A stretch of 64,000 nucleotides of DNA from Selaginella moellendorffii. Its lineage: Eukaryota; Plantae; Lycopodiophyta. Positions 12,187-25,500 of this stretch are shown one piece after another; positions within the stretch are counted from its first letter, which is position 1; each line of letters starts with the position of its first letter. The stretch is taken from contig NW_003314322.1 in the NCBI RefSeq assembly GCF_000143415.4, positions 269,691 to 333,690 of the forward strand, given 5' to 3'. A model generated the notes under the pieces. The model was not told the origin of the DNA and searched no databases. It worked only from the letters and a program-made list of their open reading frames with translations. A program made the translations under genes and the position numbers.

Positions 12187-13365
12187 TTAGTAAACTGCAT
12201 CGAAACCTGGTTCCAGGGTGAGAATGAATGGATTCGCTATCTTGGGGCAATCCGGGATCCATTGCCATGTGTCATGACTGATATTGTATAATAGTCCTAT
12301 GTCACAGAAAAATCTGCTGATGAATATCTGGTCTCCAAGGGCGCTGCAAAAGAAGCACTCCGACTGCGTCCGAAAAAATTGTTCGGAAAGTGGCTGGGGC
12401 ATTTTTGCCAGCTCCTTCCACTTCATTGTGGGCGGGTCCAGGTGCCATATATAAAGTCCGAGGACCTGCCTTCTTAACGCCTTTCCGACAATAATGATTC
12501 TTCCATTGCACTCGACCAGATGCCGAAACTTAGAGTATCCTGGCATTCTTCCTGTTCGAACTTTAATCCAGATTTCCTGCTGCAAGCTGTACGCTAGCAA
12601 GCCATTCCCAGGTCCTCGGCTTAAGCAAAATAAATAACCATTGCAGGCGACTATGTTTTTTGTAATCTCCTCTTCTCGTGGAAGAGGGCCAGATTGTTTC
12701 CATGTCGAGGTAACAGAGTCATAAACCTCCGTGGTCCGCCTATTATCGAAGGAATTATAGTCTCCCGCAACAATAACTTTGTAAGCACTTAGCTTCCTGT
12801 CAGTGACCAGGGCTACCACAAAAGGGTACCTACGCGTTGTCATAGGTGGTAGTGCCTTCCAGCACCTGGTTAATGGATTGCAAACGAGTAGAACGCTATA
12901 TCCATCAGTATACTGAGTAGCTATAAAACACATAAGTCCTTTGGAAGAAGCTGCAGGAACGCTGACTTGAGAGGGCAAAAAACCAATCGGGATATTCAAC
13001 CACTTGTTCCCAGAGGGGTAGTATGCAGCTAGCATTCTACATCGGCACCTGGCAACTTTTAGGAAGAACAAACCCTTCGGTGGCACGTCGGCACACATTT
13101 CCATGAAGCCTTTTGAATACATGATTGACCGCCATCGCCTGGAAACGGACCGTAAGCGGAAGAAAGAAGGTATGGGGAGCCAAGCAAGGACCCTCTCCAC
13201 TAGATCATCTGGAAGGTTTCCCCAAAGCCTCCAATCCATATAAGGTGGTAGGCTTCCCCATCTCCGTGGCGTAGTGATCGGCTGCGGTAGGCCTGAAGAA
13301 GACGAGCAGCATACCATACTGTTATTTCTTGCATTGCTGCTGCTGGCATTTGTTGTGCTGGCCAT
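12187..13365 (-). CDS. F-box protein with kelch/beta-propeller C-terminus, single exon
   Basis: F-box LPDDLVERVLAWLPIPSFFRLRSVSRRW, plus VCNPLTRCWKALPPM and TEVYDSVTSTW. First in-frame ATG at 13365. Confidence 0.9.
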   Translation of the reverse strand: MASTTNASSSNARNNSMVCCSSSSGLPQPITTPRRWGSLPPYMDWRLWGNLPDDLVERVLAWLPIPSFFRLRSVSRRWRSIMYSKGFMEMCADVPPKGLFFLKVARCRCRMLAAYYPSGNKWLNIPIGFLPSQVSVPAASSKGLMCFIATQYTDGYSVLLVCNPLTRCWKALPPMTTRRYPFVVALVTDRKLSAYKVIVAGDYNSFDNRRTTEVYDSVTSTWKQSGPLPREEEITKNIVACNGYLFCLSRGPGNGLLAYSLQQEIWIKVRTGRMPGYSKFRHLVECNGRIIIVGKALRRQVLGLYIWHLDPPTMKWKELAKMPQPLSEQFFRTQSECFFCSALGDQIFISRFFCDIGLLYNISHDTWQWIPDCPKIANPFILTLEPGFDAVY

Positions 13366-13524
13366 TGACGCACTGGCCACAATGTTTGCTCAAAAGTGAG
13401 GAAAGGTGATGCCATCTTGGACGAGGGTTGTGTCCCTTGGTCCCTTGACACCATTCGGCTAGTTGCCCTAAATTGAGCTTATTAAAAAGATCTTTGAGAT
13501 TGTATAGTTAGCACAGGAAGGTTT

Positions 13525-15963
13525 CTATGCCGCCATATCTACGATCCTGACCACAGATGAGTCACCAATCTTTTGGCATACAACCACACGATCGTTAGCC
13601 TTGATGCAACCAGCCATTTTTCCATGCTCAATAGCCATTTTCAAGACGAGCTCATTTGCAGCATTGCTTGTGCTTACCTGCAAAACGAGCTGGCCTAAAC
13701 ACAATATCAGGAAAAAGTTCTTACCTGAGGATCCGCAAGTATCGGAAATAATCCCCGGACAATCAGGCATTGTCTTGCCTACAGAAAATGTAAAAGAGTG
13801 AACGAGGGACACACACACAATTCGATGATACACACATACCAGCATGATCTTACTGTTTAGAACTGCTTCTTGTGTTGCAGTAGGAGGAGTTGTCTGTAAA
13901 TTTGATTGAAGTCAGATATGCTCGTTTTCAGAACAACTGTACCGTAAACGTCCCACTGAAACTAAATCGCATAAAATTGGTACTGATTTGTGGAATGACA
14001 ACCACCATAACAGGCATCAAAGGTCGATATTTAGCTATCAACCTGCATTAGCCGCATTAGAAATTTCAAAGGGGAATCAGTTAAAGGTATGCCTTGCAGC
14101 TTGGCCTGCAGATGTAAATACAATTATCATTGACGCACCGACCTTAGTAGCCGATCGCACCTGGTACTTCTTAACGTTATATCGCTTCTTAAAGTACTTA
14201 AAGTTACTTACTGCTGCGGAAGCAATAGATTCAAGATGTCCCATTGGTTCACCAACATATTCAAGGACTTTCTTGAAATAAAACCTTTGATTGTACACAA
14301 TTTCCGCCTACATGAAAATGATCCTAGTCTCGTGATTATTATTTAGAAGTAGGACTTGCCTCCCTGCAGATTCGGCGAACTGTTCCAATGGACTGGATAG
14401 GGAAATTTCCCCTGTATGTCTCCGCTCCTAGCAAAATAGCGTCGCTCCCTAGAATGGAAACAGGATAGCTGAGACATCAACGACCCGACGTCTTTTACCA
14501 TCAAGGACAGCATTAGCAACATCTGTAGCCTCTGCACGCGTCGGCCTGGGGTTTTCAGTCATTGTGTCAACAACACGCGTGATTACTGCTGGCTTTCCAA
14601 GCATATTACATTTGTATAAAGCAGCTTTTTGGAAGAGAAACACCTGTAAAACAGTATGTGTCAATAAAAATTTGAGAATTACTGTACCTTTTCGGACGGA
14701 AGATCAATTCCAAGGTTCCCCCGAGAAAGGATAATCCCATCCGCTTCCTTGAGTATATCATCAAAGTGCTTAAGACCCTACAACATTATTAAGTTTCAAA
14801 TTTAGTCTTAACTTCAGAGAATCTGACCTGAGCAAACCTCGGCATTTTCAATCTTCGCAAAAATTTGTGTGTTGGTAAGCTCTAGTGATGTAAGAAGTGC
14901 CCGAGCCTGCAAACGAGGGTTGAAAGGTTTCATGGGTAATACTCATATACCTGTTTCACGTCTTCTGCATGTCGGCAATACGATAAAGACAGGAAGTCAA
15001 TCCTATTTGCTTTACCCCACGAAGCAATGACCTGAACAGCAAATCTCAACCTCACTGGCAAAATGAAGACGCACACACCTTCTTGTCATTTTCACTTAGT
15101 GTTGGTAAATCAATGCGCACTGAAGAAGCCAGTGCGGTGAAAAGTGGCCCGGCTAAGGTAGCAGCGTTTTTAGCTCGACACACGATTTCATTGCCCTTCA
15201 CTTCATTCACCTGAAAATTTGATGTAGAAATAGTTTCGAGGAGAAATGAGTCTGACCTCAAGCCATATTGAGGTGCTTTCACTTCCTGTAAAAAGGTATT
15301 GCCCAACAAAGATTGTGTCTTTTGGTTTCACTACCTGCACAAGTTATTTATGTAAGGGAAAAATAAAGCTAAAATAAGCTTACGTTAGCAAGGTTTGGAA
15401 AGTTTATTGGCAGGTACTTCGAAGATGCTTCTTTACTTTGATCTGGTGTCAAGGTGACAAAGGCATCTACATCAATAGCAATTGGAGTTTCACTCTTGTT
15501 TATAATCTGGAGCTCTGGCCCAAGTGTATCCATCATAACCTGTTCAACTCTCGAGGGCATTAAAACTAATCGGCTACCTGGAAACAGAAACGTACACCAC
15601 AAAGGGTTCGGGTATTGCGAACAGCCTGCTTCAAGAATTCCATTGTTTCTTGATGATATTCCGGTGTTCCATATGAAAAATCAATTCGCGCGACTGCAAA
15701 CAATTCACCGGAGGCAATGATGGTTCTTTCAAACTACCTGTCATTCCGGCTTTCAGCATGCCCTCAATTGTCTCCACTGCACGCGACTTTGGCCCGAGTG
15801 TCCCAATAATCTTTGACATTGAGAGATAATTTCCATGTCCAACCTGTAACAGAAATGGAACTGAGCTGAAAAGAATCTAAAATATTCTAGGCACCTGCTC
15901 TGAGGGATCAAGGATTTTTGCCAAGCGTAGGGGTTCCTGCAGAACAACTCGAGTTGCCTGCAT
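13525..15963 (-). CDS. PK: Cytosolic pyruvate kinase, multi-exon
   Basis: N-terminus [20 protein letters not shown]; [11 protein letters not shown]; FAKIEN; [11 protein letters not shown]; [28 protein letters not shown]; C-terminus [20 protein letters not shown]. Confidence 0.95.
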
Positions 15964-16125
15964 CTTTATGTGTACAGTCTCTTCCCTAAAATCATACACG
16001 GGTTATGGCCGTCTGCATCCCATCGTAGAAGATGCTTTGTATCCGATGGGAAATCCTAGTCAGCATGACATGTCTTGAGGGACGACGTGTCTTCCTGTTT
16101 TTCTGTTTGCCAACATAGCATAGCC

Positions 16126-18542
16126 ATGGTTCTTTGTCGATCCATGGGAGCGGATGAAGCTCTAGCAAATGACTTACGACTTTTGGAAAGAGACTCTTTT
16201 GATATTGACCAGTACATCCGATCGAAGTGTCCACTTATGAGTGAAAAGGTTTTCAGTAGTTTAATTAAAAATATTCCAATGCCAAGTTCGTGTTTTATGT
16301 GAAGGGAGTGAAAAAGCTGCGGCAAGAACTCATTGATCTAAAAATTACATGTACAGAATTTTCGAGAAGTAATGTACATAGAGATTATACTTACTTCATA
16401 AGGTTACTAAATGCCTTGATTTACCTTAACTTCTTTAACATTTGAGTCGTACAGAGCGACTCGGGACATATCATGGCTGGAGACATCACTTTTTAGGGTG
16501 CGAAATCTACTTTCTAATCAAGCCGCGATAATTCATTGTTTGTTGCAACAACCTCAAATATCAGCTGAGTTATGCGCACAAGATGTGAGCAATCCGCAGT
16601 TTCTCCAGGAAGAAGAAGGTACTAAATCGTCAAAGTGGGGACAACAGTTTCCAGAGTTGCTGGACAATCTCCAAATTTTACTTGCTGAGAAGAAAACACA
16701 TAAAGCTTTAGATGAGCTACAGAAAGGGAGAGTGTTTTTTGATGAAAATGCACCCCAGAAATCGGAAGCTGCCGTAATTGCATTAAACTTGAAATCAATA
16801 AAAGAACGACTAGCAGAAGAACTAACTGACTCGACTATGAAGGCTTCTGTTTGTGGCGTTGAGCTACGTGATACATGCTCAGTCCTTCAGAAACTTGGTG
16901 AAGGCTCAAGAGCTCATGACTTGCTGCTTGTGTCTCACCGAAATAGGCTACTGTACAATATCAAAGGTTTATGCAGAAGCAAGAGTTCATATGGCGGTGC
17001 CTACACCGCAGCTCTTTCTCAGCTTGCATTTTCTGCTATTTCTTTGGCTTTAAAGGATTCCACTGCTGTGTTTAATGGAAACTTCAGTTGCGGATCAGAG
17101 CTTGTTTTATGGGCACGAGATATAACCCAAGAATTTGTTACTTTACTAAAGAAGTATGTGCTCTCATCTCTAGCAGCGGCAGGGGGACTCAGAGCAGCTG
17201 CCGAATGCGTGCATATGGCTCTGGGACACTGTTTTCTCCTTGAAACTCAGGGACTTGCAATCTGTCCTTACCTTTCGAGTCTTCTCAAGCCATCTGTAGA
17301 GGAAGCAGTTTCAGCCAATGTTGTACGAATTGGGGACAACGTCATTGCATTGGCTGCAGCAGATGACTGGAACCTTATCCAGCCCCTCCATGATCAGAGA
17401 ATGGGTGGGAGAGCATCTTATCACACTGCAGAGGGTATTTATGTACGCTTGTCAAGCAGTGCACACACGTTCAACATTTTGATCGAGGTATGGAAATTTA
17501 GCCAACAAAGATTGTGGTGATTGGAAGTCTGGTTACAGGACTTTCTGCATGGTGTCAAACCTTTGACAAGATTTCAGCTGACCCACTCGGCCCTTGAAGC
17601 TTTGTGTAAGATCTATGAGCGCTATGTGGATCTCCTGATAGACGCTTTGCTGCCTGACGGCCAGATCTTGCAGAAAGGAAACATAAAACTAGCAAAAACA
17701 ATGTCACAAAAACTTGTTGTCTTCGGCAATGCAACGGCTTTATCTGAGGATATACTCCCCAAGGTTTCTCGCTCACTACTTCAATGTCAGGAGAGTTTCA
17801 ACAGTCCCATTGATGATGAGCAGCAGAAAGAGTGGAAGTTATACCTGCAGCACACGTGTGAGAAGTTGAAGTCTACTATATGCAACATTCTTATAAAGGA
17901 TATTCTGTACGATAAAGATCGAGAACTCCTGACTCCCGATCTTTATTCTGAAGCCGCAGACCCAGAATGGCAACAAAACCCATTTCCATCGTCACCTTTC
18001 GAGGTATGCTAGCTCTTCTTATCATTTTCTAACATGCTTTAATCAGCAACTCCTCTTTAAAGTTGTCGCCTTAGCTAAAGCAGGGGAAGATATTTTTCGG
18101 GGACAAGAACATGTCTGTCTTCTATTGATTACAGATATTTTGACCAACGTGGTAACTGCGATCCAGCACAACAAATCTTTCTGGAGCCAAGTTGAAGAAG
18201 GTCCAAAAACATTTAGTTCAATAGGACTTAGAAAGGTAATTTTGGTCACTTCTTCCACTTACATAATTTGTTTCTCCTCTGTAGTTCGTGTTAGACATGC
18301 AATTCGTGATTGAGATCGCCACTGAAAGAAGCTGCACTTCAGATGTCATGTATAAGGTGGTTGCTGACAACATCGCCCTAGCAAGTAATGCATTCGCATT
18401 GAATGGTCAAGATCCAATGAGGTTTCTAAATTGATGTCTCTCTAGGAAATTTGCTCATTTCTTTTTGTCTAGTGTTCTTCCCGATGACAAATGGTTTCTC
18501 GAAGCATCACTTGCAGCTTATAAGAGGATTGTTAAGGCATAG
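16126..18542 (+). CDS. EXO84: Exocyst subunit EXO84, multi-exon
   Basis: FDIDQYIRSKC..MSEK, YGGAYTAALSQLAFSAI, SELVLWA, LAAAGGLRAAAECV..ALGHC.LLE.QGL, LSSSAH.F and VLPDDKWF. Start is 16126 or 16144; stop TAG at 18540-18542. Confidence 0.88.
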
Positions 18543-18560
18543 CGATTTTAGGTTGTGCCT

Positions 18561-19034
18561 ATGGAGACCGAAAGACTGGAGTGCGAACTAAACGAGGCTT
18601 TCACCAATGCGATGGGTGAATTAGAGATGCATATCTTCTTCAACATACAGGTTTAATTTACAGCGAACATTGGCGTCTTGTCTTATCCTTTTCTACAGAA
18701 AGGTTTCTATAAGTGCGCAGCCAATTGCGTCGATACATTCAAGACAGTGACCGACATTCAGGCATGTATTGAAGATTGTTCTATTCCAGCACAAACAGCA
18801 CAAAATGTGATCAGAAGTGAAGTCGCCAGGTTTCAGGTAACTGTTTGAGTGTGTAATGTGTAATATCCTGTCGCTATTACTGTCTGTAGGAAAGAATCCA
18901 TAAAAGCATACTCCACTGCAAAGAAAAGTTTGAGGAGGAGCGTGATAGCCACCGTTGAAAGTGCAGTGCGGGAGCACATAATTCGAATTCCAAGTTTGAC
19001 TGCAAGGATCAAATCTCAGATAGCCAAAAACTAG
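18561..19034 (+). CDS. FAM136A/DUF842-family protein, 3 exons, apparent frameshift in the last exon (possible pseudogene); absent from the ORF track
   Basis: METERLE...HIFFNIQ | KGFYKCAANCVD...QACIEDCSIP...EVARFQ | ERIHKSILHCKEKFE, with twin CxxxC motifs. TGA at 18956; the homologous tail SAVREHIIRIPSLTARIK lies in another frame and ends at 19034. Confidence 0.75.
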
Positions 19035-19529
19035 ATGTCCATTTTCGTTTTGTTTTAAAGAAATCCTCTGGCAATGAAGATCACGTTTGAAAGAAAGGCA
19101 GGAAACAGATTGGAAGCGCATCGTAGCCAGCTGCAGTTGGAAAAGGTAGTCGTGATTCACTTTTATATGACTGTTAATGACTGGACTTTCAATCTAATTC
19201 TTTTGCACAAATAAATTTGAACATGTGTAAAGATATTTCTTTTTATTGACTTTCGCCTATTGCTACTCCCTTTTTTTCTGAGGAGGTTTGTAGCTTTGCA
19301 ATAAAAATGTTAATTGAGTTACCTTCATATATAATGTAAAGCCTTCTGTGTGATTGGATCTATATGATTGTCTATTATACATTTTGTACGAACAAAAGTC
19401 ATTGCAAACATGATAACCTGACAAGAGTCCATTGAAAGGGAGAACTAAAACCTATTAGCAGTATGAATAAGGTGGCATCATTTTTCCATATCTCTCTTAT
19501 CACATTTATCTCATCATGTCTCTACAGTA

Positions 19530-19935
19530 TTTGTACACAAGCATACCATCTCCTGTAACTTCTGGTTTCATTGGCAAAGCATGCATTTGGAATAGGCAAA
19601 GATTGCAAAAGTCCCCCTAGCTTCTCTTATGGCACTTTACCCACTCATAAAGATAATATTACTTACAATAGTATATTCCTTCATTAAAAATTGTGCTTAA
19701 TCAACTCATACATCTTCTTCCCCCCAAAATTACTGGCCTCCAGATGATCATGATAGTGAAAAATAACCTCATTAATCAATGCATCCACCCATGGTAAATA
19801 CACATGGCCATTGTAGTATTTAGTGAGCTTGCCTAGTGCTCCTTGAGTTTGACCATTTAGTAAGCTTGCCTAGTGTTCAACTTCTTTTGTGTGAACAAAT
19901 ACACAAAATGCTTATGATTTGTCAACACTACAAAC
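19530..19935 (-). mobile_element. Decayed gypsy RNaseH/integrase remnant
   Basis: Minus-strand VVLTNHKHFVYLFT..KLNTRQA and IFHYHDHLEASNFGGKKM. Confidence 0.55.
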
Positions 19936-20144
19936 ATGTCGCGAATGTGACTTCAAGTGTAAAAAGCTACCTGTTAGCTTGTCCTTTTAGATATTCTTTC
20001 CTTACTGCCACGGCGGCAAGAAGTCGGTATTGTTGGACCCATTATCAGTTCCCACTTGAGCTAATTGAGAAACTGGTCAATGACCATGCACTTAAATTGG
20101 ATAAATATAAGGTAGGAACCTTATATATTTCTTGCTAAGCATAT
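19936..20144 (+). mobile_element. Family-B LTR 5' fragment
   Basis: Starts TGTCGCGAATGTGACTT, as at 32210 and 46423 and in reverse at 42307 and 42467. Confidence 0.8.
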
Positions 20145-22520
20145 TGTGAGACATAAATCCCAAAGCCCCAAAATTGGAGCCGAAAGGGTGCCATGTGGTA
20201 GTGGTTGAAGCGAAAGCCAAACAAGAGTAACACATTGGACTAAAAAAACTCCAACTTGAAAAGTCAAGAGCAGGAGTGGAACTCCCAACGAAGGGCTTAA
20301 GGAAAGAGCACAAAGTGAGCAATAGGTGAGTCTTTAAAAAATTGACATAAGAGGACTAATATATGATACGTGGAAGAGTCTGAGATGGACCTAAGATGGA
20401 GTTCGAGATGGACTTGAGATGGAGTCTAAGATGGAACTGAGATCAATACCATGATCGATTTTGAAATCAAGACTGAAACCAAGTTCAAGTCAAGTCCGAA
20501 TACTAATACATATTGTTGGGTGAAAGCCCAAAGCGATCGTCCCCCTAGGGGGGGGGGATGCTGCAGGGGTTCCAAAAGTATAGTAAGGAGAGTGTGGGGG
20601 TTAGACTTAGTGGAGCTAATGTGGCCAGGAAAGGCTAGTGTGACTAAAAAGGCTAGTGTGACTAGGAAGGCTATGCCCACGTGTTGGGTGATGATATATC
20701 CACTAAGGAGTCCAAAGTGACTGACAAGTGGGGTAGCTTGGTGAAGTGTTCAAGAGTCGGCTTTAGCTCCCCAAGCACAGGTGGCACTACCTACTTGGAT
20801 ACCTGGCATGGCTCAACAGAATCTCACTCTAGCCCCATGACTATAGCACCCAAAAGCAGAAGGTGGAAGAGTATCTAGGAGGCTTGCATAGGGTCACAAT
20901 GTTATGAAATATTGTCCCAAAGTCCCAGACTGTGAAAAGGAAGAGGAGCAATCCTCTAAGGATATGGTTATGTGGTGAAGAAGTCCCAGAGGATAGTCAA
21001 GTTTAGTGGTCAAGCTTATAGGCCTTGACTCAGTGGCAATGTTGGCGAATACAGCCATGGATAGAAAAGGGACTTAGTGGGGACTGTAAAAGGGATATTA
21101 AAGAATGCTATTCCCCATATCTGTAGGCATCCTAAGGATGCTAAGGAGTGGATCTAGGATGATCTCATGGTGGCCCAGTCTTTGAGAGACAGAACTGTGA
21201 TGCAGATGGTGTTGGACCACCAGTGTGACAAAGGTGAATGGGCATGGCCTTAGCGTAACAGGCTGATATGTCAGTGGTACCTTTGGGTATCGGTCATGGG
21301 ATCAAACACGTGAAGCAGTGCAAAAGTTGAGTGGCATGGATGCCATTCTCGGGGCTAGCAAGCCTCAAGTCCAGAATAGGATTTATGGAGGTTATGAGTG
21401 AAACTCTTGCAAGTGGTCAGAGGTGTGGTTAAGTGACTAAAGTAGAATGGAAAATTTAGTTACTTACAATTTGGTATTAAAACTGTTCCTTAATCTGACT
21501 CTTATTGGTGGTCAAATATATCATCATTTATGTTGGTATTGGAAGGTCCTAGAAGTGGGCCTATCGTTAAGGAGTAGTAAGTTGGGAGGACATGGCTCTC
21601 CACTACAATTCATGTGTGAACTTGTAAACAAGGTGGTAGATAGAAAAGGGTTAATATGAGAATGACTTTGGGATCTTGGGAATGGTATAAGGTTTTCCTT
21701 AGAGAGTTGAGGATGTGATCCAGATGAGCATTTAACTTAGAAAATTGGCTAATATAGTTGTGGTAAATAATTATAGTTGGAATCATGGGAAAGATAAAGA
21801 CTTCAAAACAATAAAAAAGTCACAAAATTATCCTTATATAGTTGAGGCTGATGTTCATGAATTTAAGACCAAAATTAATGACCGTGGGAGGTTAAATACA
21901 GATGAGGACATGAGGCCTTGAAATGGTAGCCGGGGATACCTTTTATAAATACTGGAACAAACCCAAGGAGTTAGGGGTGTACTTAGAGGATGAGTTAGTA
22001 TTTTCATCACATGGACAGATAGTTGTAAGGGGCAAAGGTAGCCCACAGGGAATGGAAAATAATCAAGTGTCAAAGTAACAATTGTAGAGATAGTCCTTGT
22101 GAGTAGAACATGAATACAAAAAAATGTATTCTAGTGAACTGGCACTTCAAAAATAGCCAAGAGGCTAGGACTTTATGGGTCGTTAAATTAACAAGTCCAA
22201 AAAGCTGGATGACTTGAACGGAGTCAAGGAATGGTCCTAAGGGACTGGTAAAAGCATTTGGACTGAAGTGCATTATACCCTATGAAGGATGGGGAGGATT
22301 ATAAAATCCGAGTATAAGAACTATGTGTATGTCATTAATGGTAGAAGGCACTATACTAAAGTCATAAAAAAGATGTTTTTAGAAGAAAGCAACTTTGGCT
22401 CAAAGTTGTGTGCAAACTTTATGGTGTAGTGCTAACTGGTAGTTAGCATGAGAAACGATTGTGTTGGTCTTGGCAAAGACCTAGACACAAGTGGAAAGTG
22501 TTGTTAAGGTAAGCTCATAG
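20145..22520 (+). mobile_element. Family-A LTR (20145-21468) + PBS + internal leader
   Basis: TGTGAGAC...TTACTTACA followed by a TGGTAT tRNA-Met PBS-like sequence. The internal part matches 39452-40470. Confidence 0.85.
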
Positions 22521-25500
22521 AGTACCTATATCCTTGCGTTAGGCCACTGGTATGCTGAAATAGTGCCAAACTTCATTTGGCTCCATTTTGCATGCTAGTC
22601 CTAGCATTGAGATGTTGATTGCTCTAAGACTGATCCAAGTTACTCTATGCACCTGTCCCTTCGCTCCTTAGGCTGTATGCTCAAGAGTCATTCCATGCTC
22701 CAATGCCATTACTCCTTGGCTCTATGCTTGGGAGTTTGGCACTGTTCCTTCATTTAGTGGCCCAAGACCTTGAAACTTGGGTTCCACACCATTGTTCTTG
22801 GACACGTGGCATGTAGCACATGGCACAAAGAGGGTTTAGGTTCCGTTTCATGGTTATCCTATGGTAAATTACTATAAGATAAAGGGTAAAAACTATGTGT
22901 GCTACATTTGGTATTAGAGCATGAGTTTCAATAAGTACTATCCAATAAGATTGGGCAACTAGTCTCATTGCATATGCAGAGATGAAAACGATGATCCGAA
23001 TGGGTATACATTTGGGTGCTAAGACTTCGCATTCATTCATTGGGTATGGAATTTAGTTACCTTTTGTACCATATTATGTGAGCTTGCTCTTAAGCTCATA
23101 AGATGGAATAAGATGTTCCGTTTGCACGAGTTTGTGCTTGGGCTCATGAGTGAGGCACATTAGCAACTCAAGGTTACACTTTGAGTTGGCAAGATAGATT
23201 TGAGGTGTATCATTTTACACAAGTTTGTGCTTGGGCTCATAAGTGAGGCATATTAGCAATTTGAAGTTACACTTTGAGTTGGCAAGATTAATGTTAGCCT
23301 ATTGGTGGTTCCATGAATTGTTCCATGTATCATGGGTGGAAGTAAACCTTCCCTGGGTTTGCTATAAGTGGCAAATAGAGTGGTCCATAGTTGTTTAACA
23401 TAACACTAGTGGATCCTTCCTAGGCATGATTACAAGTGAACCAAGATTGTTAGGATTAATCAATTAGTTCAAGTAGTAATTGTTGTGCTCTCTCATAAAC
23501 TTTCTTTGGATTGAACTGAAGGTAGTGTGAAAACAAACTTGAGGTTAAATCAATGTTAAGACTGAAAAAAGAGTCATCAAGGATGAAAGATCAAACATGT
23601 AAATCATCTGCTTTTCTTGGAGAGATGATTCACAACAAGGTGTGACTCATTGCTCGTGTTCACATCATGCAATCAAGAGTCCCTATCTTGATGCTTGTTG
23701 ATTATGATGGTCTTACAAGTGGTGAGTCATGGGATGGATAGCGGTGAAGCACTATACTATTTTGTCTAGGCTTGCTATTGAAGACTTGAGTTATAATGCT
23801 CAATTCTTTTTTGGAGAACCTTGCTATTGCTCTTTAAGTAATTTGGTGTTCGATTAGTTTTGAGTTTGGTCAAAAAGAGTGGCATGAGCTTATCCATGTT
23901 ATGAACAAAAGTTAGTGGTGTTAAATATTGTAAATCTCTAATGGTGGGGTGTGACATTTATGTTGTATCGAATTGAGTTAGGACTTGATATTCACATAAA
24001 CCTTTGAAGTAATGACATTGGCATTGCTCGTGGTGTTGCTTGATTGATGATCAAGATATTGTGATTTTTATATTATATTCATGTGATAATAAACAATGCA
24101 TTTATAAAGTTGTTTGGGTAAACAATGATCAACCCTAAGGTGGTTGATGGTGAAGCTAGTCTACTTATATGTAGTAACATTAAAATAGCCTTAACTAGAT
24201 TCTCGATGGTGATCCATTATGCTAAGCTTAAGTTGGTATCTTGGTTCTTAAGGGGTTTGTTTATAAAGTGTTAGAAAAAGTTATAGCATTCATTTGCTAT
24301 GGCTTGTTGGTTTATCCGTTAGCATTTGGAGTAGATTGTTGAATGGAGAAGGTGTGTAGTTGAGGCATTGACATTATTAGCACTTGTGTTAGTGAAAGTG
24401 GCATTGTTGTTTTGAGTTATGAGAAGTTTTTCCTTGGAGCTTGATTTTTTCTTGTTAGTGTTTTGGCTTCACATTGGATCTTGAAGGTGGTTGAAAAAGA
24501 GTGTTAATACAATGTGGATATCTGAAAATATAGTCTTTGTGATCAAGCCTTAAATATTTATTTTGCATTTTGGCAGATATCGGTGTTGGATGTTGAATAT
24601 ATGGGCAAAGATGTTCGATGCTTAGACATACTATTGGGTCATGAGAATTTGTGTTGAGGTGAACCTATATGAAGTTGTAGGTAAAAGGAAGTTGGTTGAG
24701 TCTTGAAAATTTGTATTTCTGGACTGAAAGTCATTTTTTCTATAGAATGGAAAATTTTCCACGAATTTTTTTAGGCTTTTCTAATGGCTATTCTATTGAT
24801 CACTTTGGTCGAAAGCCATTCCATTTTCATAAGTTAGTACAAACTAATGAAGGGGTTAGAGTTACTTTGGTTAGCTTAGGTAATTTGTATGATGCACATA
24901 AAAAGGATGCTAACTTTTGGAGCTAAGGAAATTGAGTTGGATAGAGTCTAGAGTTGGTGTAAAAAAGTGGCCATTGCACTTTTCTAGAAAGGTGAACTTT
25001 ATGCCTTTTCTCTATAACATTGTGTTTGGTGGTAGGTTGCACTTTACATTTCATTAAAATTCTATGAGAGTAGTGAGCTCTCACTAATTTTAACTTAGTC
25101 TTGGTGCCCTACGCCTTGGCTGAGGATGGTGATATCCAACTTAGTTGTTGAGTTTAAAATGTTGGTACATGTACTAAAGCTTTGTTTAAGTAGAGGTTGT
25201 GTACCAATATGAGTCCATCTTGTGGTCTTCACTTTAATTTCGACTGAGTATTAATTATGTATAGCTAGCCTCTTCAAGGCATGCTCAAAGATGGCTAGAC
25301 GTGTTAGTGAGCTTATTATGGTTGAATTGAATTTGAGTAGTCATTTAGTTTGTGCTTGTCCATGAACCTTTATCTTGTATCTAAGGTATTACATTCATGT
25401 TGGACAAATATATAACTGGATGATATAAGTTTAGTGTTTGGGTCTTGTGAAGACAAGTTAAAAAGTGATTGTTGGTTGCTTTGCAATTAATAATTGCTTG

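Noticed and set aside
12187-13365. Calling the F-box gene UFO
   Set aside because: The F-box start is similar, but I cannot separate it from other F-box/kelch paralogs without a phylogeny.
18693-19160. 155-aa minus-strand ORF
   Set aside because: Antisense to the FAM136A-like exons, which explain the region.
23121-23288. Tandem duplication of about 92-bp period
   Set aside because: Ordinary local duplication inside a dead retroelement.
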